A DNA stretch of 64,000 nucleotides from positions 1 through 64,000 of IMG/VR virus record IMGVR_UViG_3300021405_000009; one strand, 5' to 3'. The stretch comes from a virus. Shown piece after piece: positions 60,942 through 64,000 of this stretch. The notes beneath the pieces were generated by a model. The model saw only the letters and a list, made by a program, of their open reading frames with translations, was not told the DNA's origin and did no database searches. Numbering within the stretch: the first letter of the stretch is position 1; each line of letters opens with the position of its first letter. Made by a program: the position numbers and the translations under genes.

Positions 60942-61513
60942 AAACCATGAACTGGCAAGACAAGTTCCGCATTTACACCCTCCTGCTGCTGATGGTGCTC
61001 GGAATCGTCCCCAGCCTCCAATGGCACCAGGTGATCAAGCAGCGCGCGAAGCTGAATGCCGACATCAAGGCGTTCAATGCCGACGTTAACGCGAAGCTGG
61101 CACAGATCAAAGAGCTGCAGAAACATACCGTCGAGCTGCAGAAACAGACCGGCCAACTCAGCGGATGTCTGGCGGGTCCGAAGCCAGAGATCGGCGGCCC
61201 ACACTGTCACGCGGTCACCGTGAAGAAAACCAATGGAGGTTGCGCCCAGCACGACGGCGCGTTCTCCTGTCACTACGACTTCCTGCAGCCTCAGACCTGG
61301 GGTCGCTGCCTCATGGAGGTTGACAACAGTCTCGACTGCGAGAAGGGTGGCGTGTTGTCCCACTACGAAGACGGCGCGGCAATTCCAGCCTGGAACCTTG
61401 AAGCCAAGAGTTGCCCGTTGTTGAAGGACCAGATCGCCAAGTTCGGCCAGGACCCGACGATGACGATGCCAGTGACGATCGAGATGCCGCACAAGGAAGC
61501 GCCGAAGACATGA
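60938..61513 (+). CDS. Membrane-anchored coiled-coil Cys-rich protein
   Basis: N-terminal TM, coiled coil, Cys-rich domain. Confidence 0.6.
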   Translation: MKTMNWQDKFRIYTLLLLMVLGIVPSLQWHQVIKQRAKLNADIKAFNADVNAKLAQIKELQKHTVELQKQTGQLSGCLAGPKPEIGGPHCHAVTVKKTNGGCAQHDGAFSCHYDFLQPQTWGRCLMEVDNSLDCEKGGVLSHYEDGAAIPAWNLEAKSCPLLKDQIAKFGQDPTMTMPVTIEMPHKEAPKT

Positions 61514-61851
61514 GCGAAGACGGTCTCGTAAAAGTATTCGGCGGCGAGCATCCCGACCTGGAGAGCATCCCGGTTCCGGTGGGGGAGTTGTGCTTCCATT
61601 GTGAGGAAGTGATTGCCGAAGGCGAGCGCGGGTTCAGCAGCATGTACATGGGCGAGCAAGGTTCACGCCGTATTTATTTCCATCGCGACTGTTTCCTGCG
61701 CGGCATCACCGGCAGCGTGGCCCACATTCAGCACAAGTGCTCCTGCTATGTGCCGGGCGCAGAAGAAGGCGATCCTCCGGGGATGACGAGGCGGGAAGCG
61801 GCGCAGGCAGCGGTGCTGGAGTGGGAGTTCTTCCAGAAGCGGGTACAGTGA
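61510..61851 (+). CDS. Zn-finger hypothetical protein
   Basis: CFHC..FHRDC..HKCSC. Confidence 0.65.
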   Translation: MSEDGLVKVFGGEHPDLESIPVPVGELCFHCEEVIAEGERGFSSMYMGEQGSRRIYFHRDCFLRGITGSVAHIQHKCSCYVPGAEEGDPPGMTRREAAQAAVLEWEFFQKRVQ

Positions 61852-61853
61852 CT

Positions 61854-62084
61854 ATGCTGCGAGCTGAGATCATGCTGCTGACCTTCGGGCGCGCGCGCAT
61901 CGTCATCACCGATGACCACTCGGTCTATAACGCCTGGTGATACGACACTCCCGAGGCGGCGGTCGCCGCTTTAGCGAAGTGGGACCGGAGCGTGCAGCCT
62001 GAGCCCGAAGGCTGGATGCGTAATCCCCAGACGGGACGGCGGCGGCCCGGTGGAGATCCCGCGAAGGAGTATGTGGACTGGTGA
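61854..62084 (+). CDS. Candidate selenoprotein (UGA recoded at codon 29), 76 aa
   Basis: ..SVYNAW-TGA(61938-61940)-YDTPEAAVAALAKWD..EPEGWMRNPQTGRRRPGGDPAKEYVDW; frame continues to 62084, 1 nt before the next ATG; SECIS-like hairpin downstream. Confidence 0.6.
61953..61972 (+). promoter_or_regulatory. Bacterial SECIS-like hairpin
   Basis: GAGGCGGC-GGUC-GCCGCUUU starting 12 nt after UGA; apical loop 20 nt from UGA, begins with G and contains GU. Confidence 0.5.
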
Positions 62085-62085
62085 A

Positions 62086-62313
62086 ATGATTAGCGGCCAG
62101 AAAGTTCGCTTCACCATGGGCAGTCAAACGCTGGACGCTGTGGTCGAGTTCGGTTCCGGCAATGGGCGGGCCTTATTCCTTCGCTTCAACGGAGCGGCAC
62201 GCACGAACGACGGCGGGTTGTACATTGGGACGATGGCAGTCCTGCGCGACGAAAACGATCGGTGGATAGATTTACGCGGCGAGGAGATCGCGCTCGAATG
62301 GCTCTCGGAATAG
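62086..62313 (+). CDS. Hypothetical protein
   Basis: Operon continuity. Confidence 0.6.
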   Translation: MISGQKVRFTMGSQTLDAVVEFGSGNGRALFLRFNGAARTNDGGLYIGTMAVLRDENDRWIDLRGEEIALEWLSE

Positions 62314-62510
62314 AAACCTGGGTGATCTACTGGAGCCCGCGAGACGTTCCGGGCTACTGGGTAATGCGGCGCTGGGATGGGTTGGTGCCAGATCGCATCG
62401 GCTCCATCCATAACACGCTCGAAAGCGCGCGAGCAATGATCCCGGAACATTGCGTCAAGCTGCACCGATCTCCCAATGACGATCCCGCGATCTACGAGGT
62501 ATGGTTATAG
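62298..62510 (+). CDS. Conserved phage hypothetical protein
   Basis: WVIYWSPRDVPG..TLESARAMIP..RSPNDDPAIYEVWL. Confidence 0.7.
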   Translation: MALGIETWVIYWSPRDVPGYWVMRRWDGLVPDRIGSIHNTLESARAMIPEHCVKLHRSPNDDPAIYEVWL

Positions 62511-62512
62511 CC

Positions 62513-62779
62513 ATGGGGCGACCGAGGAAACGCTTCTGCCCTTACGGGCACGACAAAGATGCTCCGGGCGGGTCTGCCTGGAGCCGGGCCAAAACCTACA
62601 AAGGCGTTTACATTGCGAAGCGGGTCTGCGCGGAATGTAAGCGGCGGTGGGACCGGGAACACAAGAGAACGAGAAGTGCTGCCAAGATGTCGATTTACCA
62701 GAGCCGATATCGAGCCAAGAAACGGGCGCAGATGGTCAGCAATGTCCTCCATCTGGACTGTGCAAACCCTGATGAGTAG
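62513..62779 (+). CDS. Zn-binding basic protein
   Basis: CPYGH..RVCAEC. Confidence 0.6.
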   Translation: MGRPRKRFCPYGHDKDAPGGSAWSRAKTYKGVYIAKRVCAECKRRWDREHKRTRSAAKMSIYQSRYRAKKRAQMVSNVLHLDCANPDE

Positions 62780-63062
62780 AGAGCAGTACAACGATTCCTG
62801 CCCCGGCTGCCGACCCGTCTTGATCGACACGACAACGGGACAGGTTTTTGCCGACGATTCACCGACGATGCAGGCGGTGAAGCGCGCGTGGAACGGAACG
62901 ACCGTGGAGGAGCGGCAGGCATGGCACCGCGTCACCTGTCTGAACTCGCGGCGCATCTACGACCTGAATGTCGTCGCACGGTTCAGTGAGAGGATCAAGG
63001 AAGAGCTGGAGAAACTACCCAGAGGAGGTATGGATGACGGAACAAGTAAAGACATGGGTTGA
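62772..63062 (+). CDS. Conserved hypothetical protein
   Basis: CPGCRP..ERQAWHRVTCLNSR. Confidence 0.6.
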   Translation: MSREQYNDSCPGCRPVLIDTTTGQVFADDSPTMQAVKRAWNGTTVEERQAWHRVTCLNSRRIYDLNVVARFSERIKEELEKLPRGGMDDGTSKDMG

Positions 63063-63447
63063 GGCGCTATTGGCAGAAGTGCAGGAGTTCGATTTCAAGA
63101 TGTTCCCGCCGACCGGCAAGATCAAAAAAGGCGAGACCGTTCTGGGTAGCTGCCCGGAGAACGCCAAGCCGCTTTTCTCCCTGGCGCAGTATTACTTGCG
63201 CGAGTGCCAGCGCATAAAGCTGGAAGCGGAGTACCAGCCCGGTGGAATGTCTAAGGACGATCAGGTCCGGTTCAAGCAGATGGACCAGAAAAACGACGCG
63301 CTGATGGAGTTGTTCTGGGGCATGGTCTACGACGGGTTGGGTATCTGGGGCACCAGGGGTATTGGCGTAAGGGAGGAATGGAAGATCATCGAGACCAAGG
63401 CAGACAACCCACTCCAAATGCTCGCCGGTATCCTGGGGACGGGGTAA
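63034..63447 (+). CDS. Hypothetical protein
   Basis: GGAGG RBS. Confidence 0.65.
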   Translation: MTEQVKTWVEALLAEVQEFDFKMFPPTGKIKKGETVLGSCPENAKPLFSLAQYYLRECQRIKLEAEYQPGGMSKDDQVRFKQMDQKNDALMELFWGMVYDGLGIWGTRGIGVREEWKIIETKADNPLQMLAGILGTG

Positions 63448-63486
63448 ACATTGCAACCGATGCAAGCGATGTGGTAGAATGTTTAC
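63444..63486 (+). promoter_or_regulatory. Promoter for xis flanked by an inverted repeat
   Basis: TTGCAA-18-TAGAAT with TG extension; GTAAACA/TGTTTAC inverted repeat. Confidence 0.55.
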
Positions 63487-63489
63487 ATC

Positions 63490-63705
63490 ATGGTTCCCGA
63501 AACCGAACGCCCCTACAGCATCCAGGACCTCTGCGTCCTGCACAATCTCAGCCCGGCGACGATCGTGAAGTTATACGAGAACGAGCCCGAAGTGGAGAAC
63601 ACGCAGGCGGCACTTCCGCCACGAGGGAAGTGCCGCCGTTACCGCACGCTCAACGTCCCCAGGCACGTGTACCTGCGAGTGCGGGCAAAAATGCGCAGCC
63701 GTTAA
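63490..63705 (+). CDS. Excisionase-like HTH protein
   Basis: YSIQDL..LSPATIVKLYENEP..YRTLNVP; adjacent to integrase. Confidence 0.65.
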   Translation: MVPETERPYSIQDLCVLHNLSPATIVKLYENEPEVENTQAALPPRGKCRRYRTLNVPRHVYLRVRAKMRSR

Positions 63706-64000
63706 TCCCAGCAGCGGACGGGGAGTTTACCGAAGCGCTCTTCCGCCCGCTTGCTGGCCGTCGTCTTATAATGCTTCTCGACCACAGCCACGGTGTCACC
63801 CAACGCATCGGCCACATCGGTCAGCGTCCAGCCCTGTCCCAGCCAGAAGTCCACGGCCGTATCGCGAAAGCGATGCGAGAGGTTGCCCTTGATGTAGAGC
63901 CCGGCGTCCTCCATGAGAGTTTGCAGGTCGCGCTGCCACAACCCCGTCGCCGACTCGGCCAGGCTCGTGCCGTTCCAGAAGACATAGCGCGGGTTGCTGT
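63702..64000 (-). CDS. int: Tyrosine integrase (C-terminal part; runs off window)
   Basis: SHRFRDT (HxxR), LGD, EKHY catalytic Tyr. Confidence 0.85.
   Translation of the reverse strand, partial: SNPRYVFWNGTSLAESATGLWQRDLQTLMEDAGLYIKGNLSHRFRDTAVDFWLGQGWTLTDVADALGDTVAVVEKHYKTTASKRAEERFGKLPVRCWD

Overview
The window is a large part of a tailed, podovirus-like temperate phage or prophage genome. The host is probably Acidobacteriota, inferred from a PEP-CTERM protein, the integrase type and a basic NAP-like protein. (1) 1-38130, minus strand: virion operon with ejection proteins, tail fibre, nozzle, two paralogous adaptors, N4-gp56-type major capsid, scaffold, P22-like portal and TerL. It also holds a glycosyltransferase, a histidine phosphatase, a HiPIP-like protein and a ~13 kb block of fibre/adhesin-like proteins that carry Sec-type signal peptides. 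An antisense methyltransferase sits inside that block. (2) 38180-41800: control region with odd CACTTGACA-N8-TAnAnT promoters, a tRNA-like Y RNA (YrlA-type) and small genes. (3) 41780-51900: a probable genome end, then a promoter, an rrn-like boxB/boxA site, a ~430-nt structured leader and a run of small early genes separated by repeated RNA hairpin elements. (4) 52000-64000: small genes in mixed orientation, including a candidate UGA-recoded selenoprotein with an in-frame SECIS-like hairpin, an excisionase-like gene and the 3' end of a tyrosine integrase. All product calls come from motifs read by eye and recalled family resemblance. No database searches or folding programs were run.
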